Source: Candidatus Caldarchaeum sp. (GTDB lineage: Archaea > Thermoproteota > Nitrososphaeria_A > Caldarchaeales > Caldarchaeaceae). From it: 64,000 nucleotides of DNA. Below are positions 1-9,669 of this stretch, one piece after another (the first letter of the stretch is position 1; every line of letters starts with the position of its first letter). The notes below the pieces were generated by a model. It was not told where the DNA came from, did no database searches, and was given only the letters and a program-made list of their open reading frames with translations. Location of the stretch: contig JAVZZH010000001.1 of assembly GCA_038885755.1 (NCBI GenBank), positions 288,001 to 352,000 on the forward strand, given 5' to 3'. Both the position numbers and the translations under genes were made by a program.

Positions 1-119
1 GTTGACTTGGAGCTCATGCAGGTACTTACAGAGAACACTATAATATAGTTGATGTATGAAACGTTCTTCGGATTTAAACATCTAAATATGGTTCAAGGCG
101 GCTACGGGTAGGGTTCGCG

Positions 120-1391
120 TTGAAGTTCGAGACGCCGCGGGGCATGGACGACCTTCTGCCCGAGGAGTTCGCCGTCAAGCAGAGGGTTGTGGACGTGGTC
201 AGGGAGGTTTACAGGCTTTACGGCTACCAAGAAGTCGAGACTCCCACCCTCGAGTATCTGGAGCTCTTCGAAGCCAAGTCGGGAGACGAAATAAGACACA
301 GGATGTACGTCTTCACCGACGTCCACGGCAAGAAGCTCGTCCTCAGGCCTGAGGTGACGGCTTCGATAGCCCGGCTCGTGGCCACCAAGCTCTCCAAACA
401 CCCCAAACCGATGAGGCTTGGCTACATCGCTGACTGCTATAGGTATGACGAGCCGCAGTGGGGTCGGAGGAGAAGGTTCTGGCACGGAGGTTTCGAGCTT
501 TTCGGAAGCAGCGACCCTTCGAGCGACGCCGAGATAATCCTAGCCAGCAGAGACGTCTTCGCCAAGCTTGGCATCGAGTCCTTCTCCTTCAGGATAGGCC
601 ACGTCGGCGTAATTAGGGGCTTGCTGGGAAAAATGGATACAAAGCTTCAGGACAAATTTCTCTCACTGGTCGACCGTGGTAGGCGCGACGAGGCCTTCGA
701 GACGGCCGCCACCTACCTCGACAACGAGTCGCTAGAATGCCTACGCAAGCTCTCCAGTCTCAAGGGCGGACACGATGTCTTGAAGCAAGCCTCCGACCTC
801 GTCTCGCCATGGGAGAAGGCGTCGAAAGCGGTGGAGAACCTCGCAGAAGTGGTTGATGTCGTTAGGGAGGTTGACAAAGCGCTGCGGTTTGAGCTGGACA
901 TGGGCTTTGCACGCGGGCTCGAATACTATACAGGCATGATCTTCGAGCAGAGGATAGATGGGGAGGAGTTGTCTTTCAACGGCGGCGGAAGGTACGACGG
1001 ACTAGTCGAGTTGTTCGGAGGCGGTAGAGTGCCGGCCGTAGGATGCTCAATAGGCATAACGAGGCTCACCATGTACTTGAGGAGAAAGCCTCTCACTGAT
1101 CTTGAAAAGCCGCCTGCAGCAGCTCTAGCTATTGTTAGCGACGACTCACGGGGGTACGCAGCATCCGTAGCGGACTTCCTCAGGAGAAGAGGATGCTCCG
1201 TGGTCGTCGACGTATCGCGTAAAAAGCTCTCAGACGTCATCGAAACAACGTCGGCTAAGGGCATCAAATACTTAATCATAGTGGGTTCTAAGGAGAGAGA
1301 ATCGGAGAAGGTTTCTTTGAGAGACCTTGTCAGCGAACAGCAGGAAATGATGTCTTTGGAGGAGGTTGCCCGGATGGTTTGTGGGAAGTGA
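120..1391 (+). CDS. hisS: Histidyl-tRNA synthetase
   Basis: PRGMDD N-terminus, LRPEVTA, YRYDEPQ..R.RRF motif 2, RGLEYYTG, GGGRYD, C-terminal anticodon-binding domain. Confidence 0.97.
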   Translation: MKFETPRGMDDLLPEEFAVKQRVVDVVREVYRLYGYQEVETPTLEYLELFEAKSGDEIRHRMYVFTDVHGKKLVLRPEVTASIARLVATKLSKHPKPMRLGYIADCYRYDEPQWGRRRRFWHGGFELFGSSDPSSDAEIILASRDVFAKLGIESFSFRIGHVGVIRGLLGKMDTKLQDKFLSLVDRGRRDEAFETAATYLDNESLECLRKLSSLKGGHDVLKQASDLVSPWEKASKAVENLAEVVDVVREVDKALRFELDMGFARGLEYYTGMIFEQRIDGEELSFNGGGRYDGLVELFGGGRVPAVGCSIGITRLTMYLRRKPLTDLEKPPAAALAIVSDDSRGYAASVADFLRRRGCSVVVDVSRKKLSDVIETTSAKGIKYLIIVGSKERESEKVSLRDLVSEQQEMMSLEEVARMVCGK

Positions 1392-1397
1392 ATACTC

Positions 1398-2201
1398 ATG
1401 CTGTCTTTGCTCCTCGAAGCAACCCTCGTGATGCTGGCGATAGGGCTTATCGCTATTGGTGGTCGTTTTCTCGACGCTAAAGGCCTTGCTGCAGCCGTAG
1501 TGGTCGGGTATTGTGTATACGTTCTGGGCGGTAGGAGCTATTTTCTGGCCATCTTCACCTTCTTCGTCGTCGCCGGCTTCACGACACGTTTTCGCTACAG
1601 GGAAAAGTACGGTGAATTTGGGAGAGGTGTTAGAACTTGGTCAAACGTCCTCGCCAACGGTCTCACGGCCTGTCTGATCACGGTTTCAGGATACTTCCTC
1701 GGCCTCGACAGCTCAGCCACGCTAGCCACTTTCTTAGGCGCCGTGTCGTCGGTCTTCGCAGACACCATGTCGACGGAGGTCGGCCTTCTTTCAAAAAGCA
1801 AGCCTAGGATGATAACATCGCTAAAAGAAGCGAGCCCCGGAACGCCCGGAGCCGTCAGCCTTCTAGGGCTGGCCGCAGGGTTTTTCACAGGCTTCCTGCT
1901 CGCAGGCGTGATGGTGGTGTACGGCCTGTTCCTCGGGTTGCCGCTCCAGCCGTACAGCGTATTCCTAATCGCTGTCTCGGCAGGCTTCAGCGGAAGCCTC
2001 TTCGACAGTGTTTTCGGCGGGCTTTTCCAGTCCCGGTACCGATGCCCCTCATGCGGAAAGGTCGTAGAGGTCAAAACCCACTGCGGCAAGTCGACGGTCT
2101 ATCTATCAGGCAGCAGGCTGGTCAACAACGAGGTTGTGAACCTCCTGACATCTGTCTACGGCGCCTCCGTCGCATACGTCGCATGGCTGTACATCGGTTA
2201 A
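1398..2201 (+). CDS. DUF92 (TMEM19/VTE6-like) integral membrane protein with Zn-ribbon insert
   Basis: Multi-TM; RTWSNVLANG, ADTMSTEVG, PGTPGAVS, DSVFG, NNEVVN motifs; CPSCG...HCG insert. Confidence 0.85.
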   Translation: MLSLLLEATLVMLAIGLIAIGGRFLDAKGLAAAVVVGYCVYVLGGRSYFLAIFTFFVVAGFTTRFRYREKYGEFGRGVRTWSNVLANGLTACLITVSGYFLGLDSSATLATFLGAVSSVFADTMSTEVGLLSKSKPRMITSLKEASPGTPGAVSLLGLAAGFFTGFLLAGVMVVYGLFLGLPLQPYSVFLIAVSAGFSGSLFDSVFGGLFQSRYRCPSCGKVVEVKTHCGKSTVYLSGSRLVNNEVVNLLTSVYGASVAYVAWLYIG

Positions 2202-3394
2202 ACCTCCAGCTCGTACCGGTGCTCCACGAGCTTCACAGCCCTGCCGTTCTCAACAACCACTACGTCCTCAATCCTCACCCCGCCAAACCCGGGCTCGTAA
2301 AGCCCTGGCTCGACTGTGAAGACGTCGCCGTTTGATAGGGTGGTGAATGAGTTCTTGGATAGGTACGGCTCCTCGCCTATGGTGAGGCCTACGCCGTGGC
2401 CTAGGCCGTGGACGAATCCCCTGACGGGGTTAGGAGTCTCCAACAGCGTGGGCCATCCTCTTCTCCTGAGGATTACGCAGGCCTCGGCGAAAACCGACCC
2501 GCACCTAGATCCCACCCTTATCGTCTCGACTGCGTGTGTTTGAGCTGCCAGAACGTCCTCATACATTTTCCTCAGCGGTGGTTTGGGCCTCCCGACGCAG
2601 TAGGTTCTTGTGAAGTCGTAGCGGTATCCGGTCTCCGAAGCCGGGTATATGTCGAAAACCAGAGGCTCGCCCGCCGACAGCTGCCTGCCGTCCTCCCCTG
2701 ACGCATGGGGGTCGCTCGACTCCGGTCCCGAAGCAAGGATCAGGCCTTCAGGAAGACTGAGACCCATCTCGCCGCACCAAGTCCGGACAAGCCTTTTCAG
2801 ATAACCGACGGTTAGAGGCTGTCCATCATAGTATACAGCTCCTCTGCGGACGTCCGACTCCCCGAGTATCTTCTCCAGCCTCTCGACGACCCGTATGGTC
2901 CGCCGCCCCGCTTCAGCGACAGCCTCGACCTCCCACCTGTCCTTCCTCCTCCTGCACAGGTCTAGGAACGAAGGCTTGGGCATGCCCTCTACTCTAAAAC
3001 CGCGTCTTCTGAGAAAGTCGACCAGATAGGTTGTCGTCAGCGCGTCGGCTCTGCCGGCTAGGGCGATCTTCCCCTCAACTCCGTTCCTACGGAGCATGGC
3101 GGCCAGCATTTCAGCCAAGCCACGCCCGGGCCCGAACCTTCTCTGAAGCTGTGCAAGGCCGTAGTCGCTGTAGGGCTTGACGTCAGCGACAACTCCTTTC
3201 CGTGCGCTGGGCAGGTCAAGCATGCTCACGACGAGCTGGGGCTCACCACCCCTACGCTTCAGACACACCCCGCCACGAGGTATGTGGGCCCTCGTCAAGT
3301 AGTAAAGCTCGGGCGAGGAGTAGGTCGAGTCGCCCAAGACCAGCACAGCCTCGAACCCAGCCTTAGCCATCAATTCATCCAGCTCGGAGATCAT
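2198..3394 (-). CDS. M24 family Xaa-Pro aminopeptidase/prolidase
   Basis: D..P...GYRYDFTRT, HGLGHGVGL, TVEPGLY, GGVRIED. Confidence 0.93.
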   Translation of the reverse strand: MISELDELMAKAGFEAVLVLGDSTYSSPELYYLTRAHIPRGGVCLKRRGGEPQLVVSMLDLPSARKGVVADVKPYSDYGLAQLQRRFGPGRGLAEMLAAMLRRNGVEGKIALAGRADALTTTYLVDFLRRRGFRVEGMPKPSFLDLCRRRKDRWEVEAVAEAGRRTIRVVERLEKILGESDVRRGAVYYDGQPLTVGYLKRLVRTWCGEMGLSLPEGLILASGPESSDPHASGEDGRQLSAGEPLVFDIYPASETGYRYDFTRTYCVGRPKPPLRKMYEDVLAAQTHAVETIRVGSRCGSVFAEACVILRRRGWPTLLETPNPVRGFVHGLGHGVGLTIGEEPYLSKNSFTTLSNGDVFTVEPGLYEPGFGGVRIEDVVVVENGRAVKLVEHRYELEV

Positions 3395-3454
3395 CGAACC
3401 AACTCGCCTACGTCGTGAATAAAACCTTTAGAGAGGCTGCGTAGACGTTTCCAC

Positions 3455-3529
3455 GGGCCCGTGGCCTAGAATGGACAGGGCGTCGGCCTCCGGAGCCGAA
3501 GGTCGTGGGTTCAAGTCCCACCGGGCCCG
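3455..3529 (+). tRNA. tRNA-Arg(CCG)
   Basis: Acceptor GGGCCCG/CGGGCCC, anticodon arm TCGGC-CT-CCG-GA-GCCGA, T-loop TTCAAGT; CCA not encoded. Confidence 0.96.
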
Positions 3530-3587
3530 GGCTGCATTTTCGACGTTCTCTATCACGATATATCCATGGTTGAAGGCTTTGCTGGAT

Positions 3588-5723
3588 GTGGATGGAAGGC
3601 TTGTCGACGTCTGTTTGGATGGTTCGAGCGTCTGCCTGTGGCTGAGGAGTGAGGGTGGTGTTTACAAGGTTCGGGTTGCATGGAGTTCTAGGCTTTACCT
3701 CGCAGGTCCGCAGCACGTCTTGACCGCTGTCGACAGAATTCTCTCCGATGTTTACGAGACGAGGCTCGTGGAGAAAAGAATACCCGGCGCTGGAGCCGCT
3801 GAAGTTCTGGAGGTGCTGGTCGCTCCGTCGGAGAAGAGAAGCCTGGCCAGGTCTGTCGTGGATCGTTGGGGTCATCTAGGCGTGAGAGCTTACAACGTCG
3901 ACATCCCGGTCCTGCAGGAGTTCCTCTACGAGTTCGGCTTAGCGCCCACGGCGGCCGTGAAGAATTGCAACGGCCTACTCCAGCCGGGCGAGGAGGTCGA
4001 CAGCGTCTCCTACACCACGTCTTTCCTCAGGAATGGTTGTCTGGAGGCTGAAGTCGACTCTTCAGGGCCCTTGCCACGGTTCTCCGACAGGCTTAGGTGT
4101 GTAAGGCTTCGTGTAGACGGTGAGGAGGTTGTTCTCGACGGATGCGAGGACGATGTTCTGCAGCAGCTGCAGCGTCTTCTCGACGACATGGATGTCGACG
4201 TGCTGATAACCCGTGGAGGGGACAGGTTCTTGCTAAAGTATCTGCGTAGGAGAGCTGAGGAGAACGGTCTTCAGTTGCGGCTGGGAAGGGAGGACGACAA
4301 GCCGACTAGCTCGAGGGGTTTTTCTTACTTTAGCTACGGCAGAACGTATCACAGGTTCGCTGGGCAGAAGCTCAGGGGTCGTCTGCACATAGACGCCGAG
4401 AACTCGATGCTCTACGCTGAAACCGGCCTCGAAGGTGTGCTGGAGACAGCTCGCACCGTTAGGGCGCCGGTCCAAGACGCTGCACGGTACACGATAGGCC
4501 GGTGCATGACCTCCCTCCAGTATCGTCAAGCCTATCTGAACAACTTGCTGATACCCGTCGAGGCCGGCAGGCCTTACTGCTCCACTGCGGCCGAGCTCGT
4601 CGTAGCCGACAGAGGCGGATGGGTGTTAGACCACAGCCCGGGGGTTTACTGGAACGTCGGCGAGCTTGACTTCCACAGCCTGTATCCGACGCTGATGCTG
4701 AAGAACAACATAAGCGGCGAGACGGTCAACTGCGGCTGCTGTCGGGGAAGCGATATACCGGAGCTGGGGTACCATGTCTGCAGGAAGTGGCGTGGAGTTG
4801 TTCCGCTGGCTGTCGAAACACCGTTGAGGAAGAGGATGGAGTACAAGAGGCTGTATGCGGAGACGGGGTTGAAGACCTACAAAGCTAGAGCAGACGCCCT
4901 CAAATGGATACTCGTCACGTCGTTCGGCTACCTAGGCTACAAGAAGGCTAAGTTCGGAAGCCGTGAAGCCCACATGGCCGTCTGCGCCCTAGCCCGGGAG
5001 ACGCTGCTGAGAAGCGTTAAAACCGCTGAAGAGCAGGGCTTTCGAGTCCTCCACGGAATAGTCGACTGCCTATGGGTCTGGAGGAGGGGTGCGTCGGAGG
5101 ATGACTACAGAAGGCTGGGGAAGGAGCTTGAGAGGAGGCTCGGCCTTCCTCTGGAGTATGAGGGGACCTATCGGTGGATAGCTTTCCTGCCTTCACGCAT
5201 GCACGAGGGCAGGCCTGTGAACAACAGGTATTTCGGGGTTTACGCGGACGGCCGGCTGAAGGTGCGTGGGGTCGAGCTGAGGAGAAGGGACACCCCGCTG
5301 ATCGTCAAGCAGATGCAGGAGGAGATGCTGGAGAAGCTTGCTCAAGCCGACTCCCCCGAATCTCTCCGGATGAAAGCCGAGGAATGTCTCGAGACATACA
5401 GAAAGTATGTAAGGATGGTTTACTCGGGTTCTGCAGAGCCGGAGCAGCTAGCGATAGCTAGGAGCTTGGGAGCGAGCCCGGGGAGTTATGCGAGAAAGCT
5501 GAAGCATGTTTCAGCCGCGAGGATGCTTGAACGGAGTGGTGTGGAGGTCCACCCCGGGCAGGTTGTTGAGTACGTGGTCAGGCGAGGCGGTGGAGCGCCG
5601 CTGCAGCTGCTGGAGGACCATGGCTACGATGACGAGCACTACGCCGCCATGCTCAGAAGAGGTATGGAGACGCTGCTGCGGCCTTTCCTCACTCCATCTC
5701 GGTTGAAGCAGCTAAAGCCATGA
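3588..5723 (+). CDS. polB2: Family B DNA polymerase, PolB2 (Dpo2-like) group
   Basis: Motif A DFHSLYP, motif B KWILVTSFGYLG, motif C HGIVDC in place of YGDTDS, RGVELRRRD; exonuclease motifs degenerate. Start moved to GTG 3588 because the ORF-track start lies inside tRNA-Arg. Confidence 0.88.
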   Translation: MDGRLVDVCLDGSSVCLWLRSEGGVYKVRVAWSSRLYLAGPQHVLTAVDRILSDVYETRLVEKRIPGAGAAEVLEVLVAPSEKRSLARSVVDRWGHLGVRAYNVDIPVLQEFLYEFGLAPTAAVKNCNGLLQPGEEVDSVSYTTSFLRNGCLEAEVDSSGPLPRFSDRLRCVRLRVDGEEVVLDGCEDDVLQQLQRLLDDMDVDVLITRGGDRFLLKYLRRRAEENGLQLRLGREDDKPTSSRGFSYFSYGRTYHRFAGQKLRGRLHIDAENSMLYAETGLEGVLETARTVRAPVQDAARYTIGRCMTSLQYRQAYLNNLLIPVEAGRPYCSTAAELVVADRGGWVLDHSPGVYWNVGELDFHSLYPTLMLKNNISGETVNCGCCRGSDIPELGYHVCRKWRGVVPLAVETPLRKRMEYKRLYAETGLKTYKARADALKWILVTSFGYLGYKKAKFGSREAHMAVCALARETLLRSVKTAEEQGFRVLHGIVDCLWVWRRGASEDDYRRLGKELERRLGLPLEYEGTYRWIAFLPSRMHEGRPVNNRYFGVYADGRLKVRGVELRRRDTPLIVKQMQEEMLEKLAQADSPESLRMKAEECLETYRKYVRMVYSGSAEPEQLAIARSLGASPGSYARKLKHVSAARMLERSGVEVHPGQVVEYVVRRGGGAPLQLLEDHGYDDEHYAAMLRRGMETLLRPFLTPSRLKQLKP

Positions 5724-6315
5724 AGTCTTCCGGCTTGACCAAGGCGTCGAAGTCGGGCGAGAGCTGTCGAGTCTCCTCCAGAACCTTCCGGGTCAAGTAC
5801 CAGAAAGCGTAGGGGAGGGAGGTTCTGCTCCTGTTGTTCATCGGAATCACCAAGTCGACGTTGGAGCAGGTGTTGTCCGTGCTGCACATAGCTATCACGG
5901 GAACCCTCGCTATCCGAGCCTCCTCCAGCGCCTGGACGTCGTACCTAGGGTCGGAGATTATCACCAACGCCGGCTCAAGGTAGTTCTTCAAAGTCCTGTT
6001 GGTGAGCATTCCCGCAGGCATCTTGCCGGCGATCGCAACCCCGCCCGTGAGCTCAGCGTACTTCTGCACCGCCTTCATCCCGAAGACGTGGGTTGAGACG
6101 GCGACGACTTTGTCGAGAGGGTAGTAGGATATCATCCGTGCCGCGAGGTTGAGCCTTTCGAGGATTTTCTTGATGTCGAAAAGGTAGACGCCGTCGTACC
6201 TCATCTTGAAAATGTACTGCTCCATGTGCCTGACCTTTATACGGGAGCCTATGTGCACGTTGTACTTGACCAGCTGCTCCAGTATCGCAGCCTCCTGCTC
6301 AGCCGACAACGTCAA
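5689..6315 (-). CDS. rps2: 30S ribosomal protein uS2
   Basis: VHIGS, DGVYLFD, DPRYDVQALEEA, DLVIPMNNR. Confidence 0.96.
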   Translation of the reverse strand: MTLSAEQEAAILEQLVKYNVHIGSRIKVRHMEQYIFKMRYDGVYLFDIKKILERLNLAARMISYYPLDKVVAVSTHVFGMKAVQKYAELTGGVAIAGKMPAGMLTNRTLKNYLEPALVIISDPRYDVQALEEARIARVPVIAMCSTDNTCSNVDLVIPMNNRSRTSLPYAFWYLTRKVLEETRQLSPDFDALVKPEDFMALAASTEME

Positions 6316-7559
6316 CTAGAACCAGCCTCCTCGATAGCAAGCTCGCCACGATGCTTACGCCATATCCGTAGAAGCTCATTAGCCTTAGCCACCCTTTCAC
6401 CTCCAACAACACCTGCCTTAATAAATTTGCCTCCCAGCCCCACAGCCAGATGGGCTAGGAACGCGTCGCATGTCTCCCCAGACCTGTGCGAGACAACCCT
6501 CACGATGCCTCGCCTCTCAGCCTCAGCCGCAGCCTCGAGGGTGTCTGACAAGCATCCGACTTGGTTGGGCTTGAGTATCACAGCCCTTACGGAACCGTTG
6601 TCCGCAGCCCTCTTGATGAGCTCCTTCCTAGTGACGACGAGGTCGTCCCCGCACACAAGTAGGTTTGGAAACATGCGGCAGAGCTCGGCGAACGAGCTGA
6701 AGTCCGTCTCCTCGAAAGGGTCTTCGACGTAGGAGAGGCCGAAGTCTTCAACGAGCTGCTTAATGAACTCAAGCTGCTCGCGCCTAGACCTTTTCACGCC
6801 ACGGTTCCTGTAAAGATAGAATCCCGAACTCGGTTCGTAGAGCGTCGAAGCCGCGACGTCAAGCCCAAGCCCGACGCTGAGCCCGTCCAAGGCCTCGGCT
6901 ACGTATTTGAGGGCTGAGTAGTCGTCGACTGGTGGTGAGTAGCCTCCTTCGTCGCCTCTCCCTCCGCCGTATCCTCCTACTCTCTGCATAAGGATTCGTC
7001 CCAGCCTTCGATGGGCTTCTATGTTGGTTTTCAAAGCGTCCTCGACCGAGCTGGGCTTGGACGGGTAGACGAGGAACTCTTGGATGTCGGGTGCTCCTCC
7101 TCCTGCGTGCGCTCCTCCGCCGAGTATGTTTCCCAGAGGCCGTGGCATCGACGGCTTGATGCCTGAAAGCTCTGAGATGTAGCGCCAGAGAGGTCTGCCC
7201 GTCAGCCTTGCAGTCAGAAGGGCTGCTGCCGCCGAAACGGCGTAGGATAGGTTTCCGCCTATTTTGGAGAAGTTCTCAGTTCCGTCGACCTGTTTCATCA
7301 GGCTGTCGATGCCTTTCTGGTCAGCCGGGTCGAACCCGACCAGTCTCGGCTTAAGCTGTTTTTCAAACACCTCGACCGCTTCCTCCGCCCCCTTGGGAGG
7401 GAACGGCACAGCCTCGTTCTTCCCCCTGCTTTTTCCGGAAGGTGCTGAGACACGGGCCGAGGTCGTGCCCGACCAAAGCTCGACCTCGACTGTTTCAGAG
7501 CCCCTGCTGTCGAAAACCACGCAAGCCTCGCAGTCAGTTATCTTGAAAGACTGCCTCAA
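6312..7559 (-). CDS. eno: Enolase
   Basis: DSRG..TVEV, GGGAHA, QEF, GDEGG, YVEDPF, GDDL, LKPNQVG, SHRSGET. Confidence 0.96.
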   Translation of the reverse strand: MRQSFKITDCEACVVFDSRGSETVEVELWSGTTSARVSAPSGKSRGKNEAVPFPPKGAEEAVEVFEKQLKPRLVGFDPADQKGIDSLMKQVDGTENFSKIGGNLSYAVSAAAALLTARLTGRPLWRYISELSGIKPSMPRPLGNILGGGAHAGGGAPDIQEFLVYPSKPSSVEDALKTNIEAHRRLGRILMQRVGGYGGGRGDEGGYSPPVDDYSALKYVAEALDGLSVGLGLDVAASTLYEPSSGFYLYRNRGVKRSRREQLEFIKQLVEDFGLSYVEDPFEETDFSSFAELCRMFPNLLVCGDDLVVTRKELIKRAADNGSVRAVILKPNQVGCLSDTLEAAAEAERRGIVRVVSHRSGETCDAFLAHLAVGLGGKFIKAGVVGGERVAKANELLRIWRKHRGELAIEEAGSS

Positions 7560-7780
7560 CGCTGACCTTCACCGGCCGACAGGTATTTTTGATGAAACTC
7601 GATAAGCTCGTCCATGAAGTCCACGGCTGAAATAAACATTCTACGGCAACAGTATCTCCTGAACCCTAGGCTGTCGAGGACAGCGCCGGGGCTTTCACCT
7701 CTCCGGACTCTCGCCTTATACTCGTCCCACTTGTGGGCGATTACACGGCCGCAGCTGAAGCAGCGCACAGGAATCATCAA
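7556..7780 (-). CDS. rpo10: RNA polymerase subunit Rpo10 (N)
   Basis: MIPVRCFSCG...RYCCRRM. Confidence 0.97.
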   Translation of the reverse strand: MMIPVRCFSCGRVIAHKWDEYKARVRRGESPGAVLDSLGFRRYCCRRMFISAVDFMDELIEFHQKYLSAGEGQR

Positions 7781-7787
7781 GTTTTCC

Positions 7788-8183
7788 TCACCTGTAGCTT
7801 TTCTGTTTGAACCTTCGCGCGCTGCGTCTGTTGGGTTTCTTGGGCTCGGCCTGCCTCGGGTCGTCTACCAGAAGATGCCTGTCGTAGCTGGCTATAACGT
7901 TCCTGCCGTCGGGAGTCATGGACGAGACCGCCTTGGAGATTGCTATCGCTGCGGCGTCGGCCGAAGACATGACTCCTCCTCCCCTTACCTTGATGTAGAA
8001 GTCATGTGAGTTCCAGAAATCGGGAACCAGCTTGAGAGGTGTTAGGATCTTGCTCCTGACGAACTCTCCAAGCATGTGGAGAGGTGTGTCGTTGAAGAAT
8101 ATGCTGCCCTTGCCGGGCCTCACGAAGACCTTCGCGACGGAGGTCTTACGTCTTCCGACAAAGTGCTGGGCGGCTTTCCTCAG
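7788..8183 (-). CDS. rps9: 30S ribosomal protein uS9 (probable CTG start at 8183)
   Basis: Conserved GRRKTSVAKV upstream of the ORF-track start, VRGGG, DRHLLVDDPR, C-terminal QKSYR. Confidence 0.95.
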   Translation of the reverse strand: MRKAAQHFVGRRKTSVAKVFVRPGKGSIFFNDTPLHMLGEFVRSKILTPLKLVPDFWNSHDFYIKVRGGGVMSSADAAAIAISKAVSSMTPDGRNVIASYDRHLLVDDPRQAEPKKPNRRSARRFKQKSYR

Positions 8184-8635
8184 GGCCTTCCACCCCTCAG
8201 ATGTCTCGACAGCTCTTCAAGAGTCATGACGCGTATCACTTTCCCCGACCTGCTTACATAGCTTAGGTGCTTGGCGTCTGGAAACTCAACAGGCTCTCCC
8301 GGAAGGCTCGCCTCCCCCCTTATCACTTCAAGCCTTCTCGAGGCTTCCACACCCCTAGGCTTCTTGCGGGGCAGCATCCTGAGCACGGCGTACCTGAGTA
8401 TGGCCTCGGCTCTCGTCGGATACCAGACTGTTATTTTCTTGTGGGAGGTTAACTGGCGGCGTCTCCTGAGCATCAAGTAGTGTTCGAGTATCGAACTCTT
8501 AGTGCCTGTTATCAGGGCTTTCTCGGCGTTGAAAACCTTAACTCGGTGCCCCTCCAGCAGCAGCTTGGCGATTTTGGAGGCTAGGCGTCCGAGCCTGTAT
8601 CCCTCTGCGTTGACCACGTAGGTCTTCTCATCCAA
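8180..8635 (-). CDS. rpl13: 50S ribosomal protein uL13
   Basis: LGRLASKIAK, NAEKALITG, RMLPRKK; operon context. Confidence 0.95.
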   Translation of the reverse strand: MDEKTYVVNAEGYRLGRLASKIAKLLLEGHRVKVFNAEKALITGTKSSILEHYLMLRRRRQLTSHKKITVWYPTRAEAILRYAVLRMLPRKKPRGVEASRRLEVIRGEASLPGEPVEFPDAKHLSYVSRSGKVIRVMTLEELSRHLRGGRP

Positions 8636-8963
8636 CTAGCTTCACTCCCTTCCTCTGTCCAAACTCTTTGAGGAAGTCCTCTGCCAGCAGGGCCCTTCCT
8701 CCCATGGCCGTGATCTTTTTGTAGGCTGTGCTGGAGAAGCTGAAAGCACCGACCGTCAGCTTCTTGGTTATCACGCCTCCGCCCAGAACCTTGCCCGGCA
8801 CGAAAACAACGTCGTTCTCGACTGTGTGTCTTTCGAGGCGTGAAAGGTTAACCTCTCTCATGTTCCTGCGACTGCGGCCAGCCTCCTCAACCAGCCTCCT
8901 GCTTAGACCCGTCTTAACGCCCAGCTTCCTCACAGCTACTTCAAGCCTCCTTGCGCCGTGCAT
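8628..8963 (-). CDS. rpl18e: 50S ribosomal protein eL18
   Basis: EVNLSRL, VPGKVLGGG, VGAFSFS; ATG 8963 preceded by GAGGTG. Confidence 0.93.
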   Translation of the reverse strand: MHGARRLEVAVRKLGVKTGLSRRLVEEAGRSRRNMREVNLSRLERHTVENDVVFVPGKVLGGGVITKKLTVGAFSFSSTAYKKITAMGGRALLAEDFLKEFGQRKGVKLVG

Positions 8964-9588
8964 CGCCAACCACCTCTCCAAAAGCATGTTCAAAGGCAAT
9001 GACTTTATTCTTAACTATTTCCACGGCCTTTAAAAAAATCTCTCTTGGAGGTAGGAAACCATAACCTTCGATGTAAAGGCGGGTCTTCCCCCCATCTCGG
9101 TAGACCGTCGCTATGCCGGGGGTCCATTTTGAATGCTTCTTACCCCTGCCCAGCCTAACGTAAAGCTCCAATTCGACCCTCTGGCCCGGGGCTAGGGAGA
9201 CGATGGGTATGTCGCCGCTGAAAGGAGCGACGACGTCCCCCTCCTTCTCGGGAGTTATGTCCCTAGAGTATAGAGTGACGACGGATGTTGAAGCTTCTCC
9301 CCTGAGGACGAACCTAGCAACGCATCTCTCGCATCCCAGCCTGCTCTGGCAGTCGCATTCCTCGGGAAGCTTGTAGTTCTTCAGGTCGGTGATGAAAGGT
9401 ATAAGGGATATGCGGTGAGAAAGCACTTCGTTAGTCATGCTCGACGAGTTTTCTATCACAAGCACCTCCTCGACAGCCATGGTCGGAACCTCCCTGAGAA
9501 TAGTGCGGCGTAGGGCGTTGACGACGTAGTGAGGTATGTCGTCGACCTCTATGGTTATCGAGTCTTGGTCCTCGGCTGCAACCTTCAA
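8941..9588 (-). CDS. rpo3: RNA polymerase subunit Rpo3 (D)
   Basis: NALRRTIL.EVPTMA, NSS...EVLSHRISLIP, CxC..CxxC, G.GKKHSKW. Confidence 0.95.
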   Translation of the reverse strand: MKVAAEDQDSITIEVDDIPHYVVNALRRTILREVPTMAVEEVLVIENSSSMTNEVLSHRISLIPFITDLKNYKLPEECDCQSRLGCERCVARFVLRGEASTSVVTLYSRDITPEKEGDVVAPFSGDIPIVSLAPGQRVELELYVRLGRGKKHSKWTPGIATVYRDGGKTRLYIEGYGFLPPREIFLKAVEIVKNKVIAFEHAFGEVVGDARRKEA

Positions 9589-9669
9589 GCTAATGCAGCA
9601 CGTGGCTTACATTATTTAAATTTGTATGAGCAATATCCTTTAATAAAACTGACTCACAGACAACCCGAC

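Noticed and set aside
1-17. Possible start of a minus-strand gene (ATG at 17) leaving the window
   Set aside because: Only five codons are visible, so it cannot be supported
3471-3587. N-terminal extension of PolB2 in the ORF track
   Set aside because: It runs through tRNA-Arg and is an open-frame artefact; the same applies to the 31794 start of the PUA gene within tRNA-Leu
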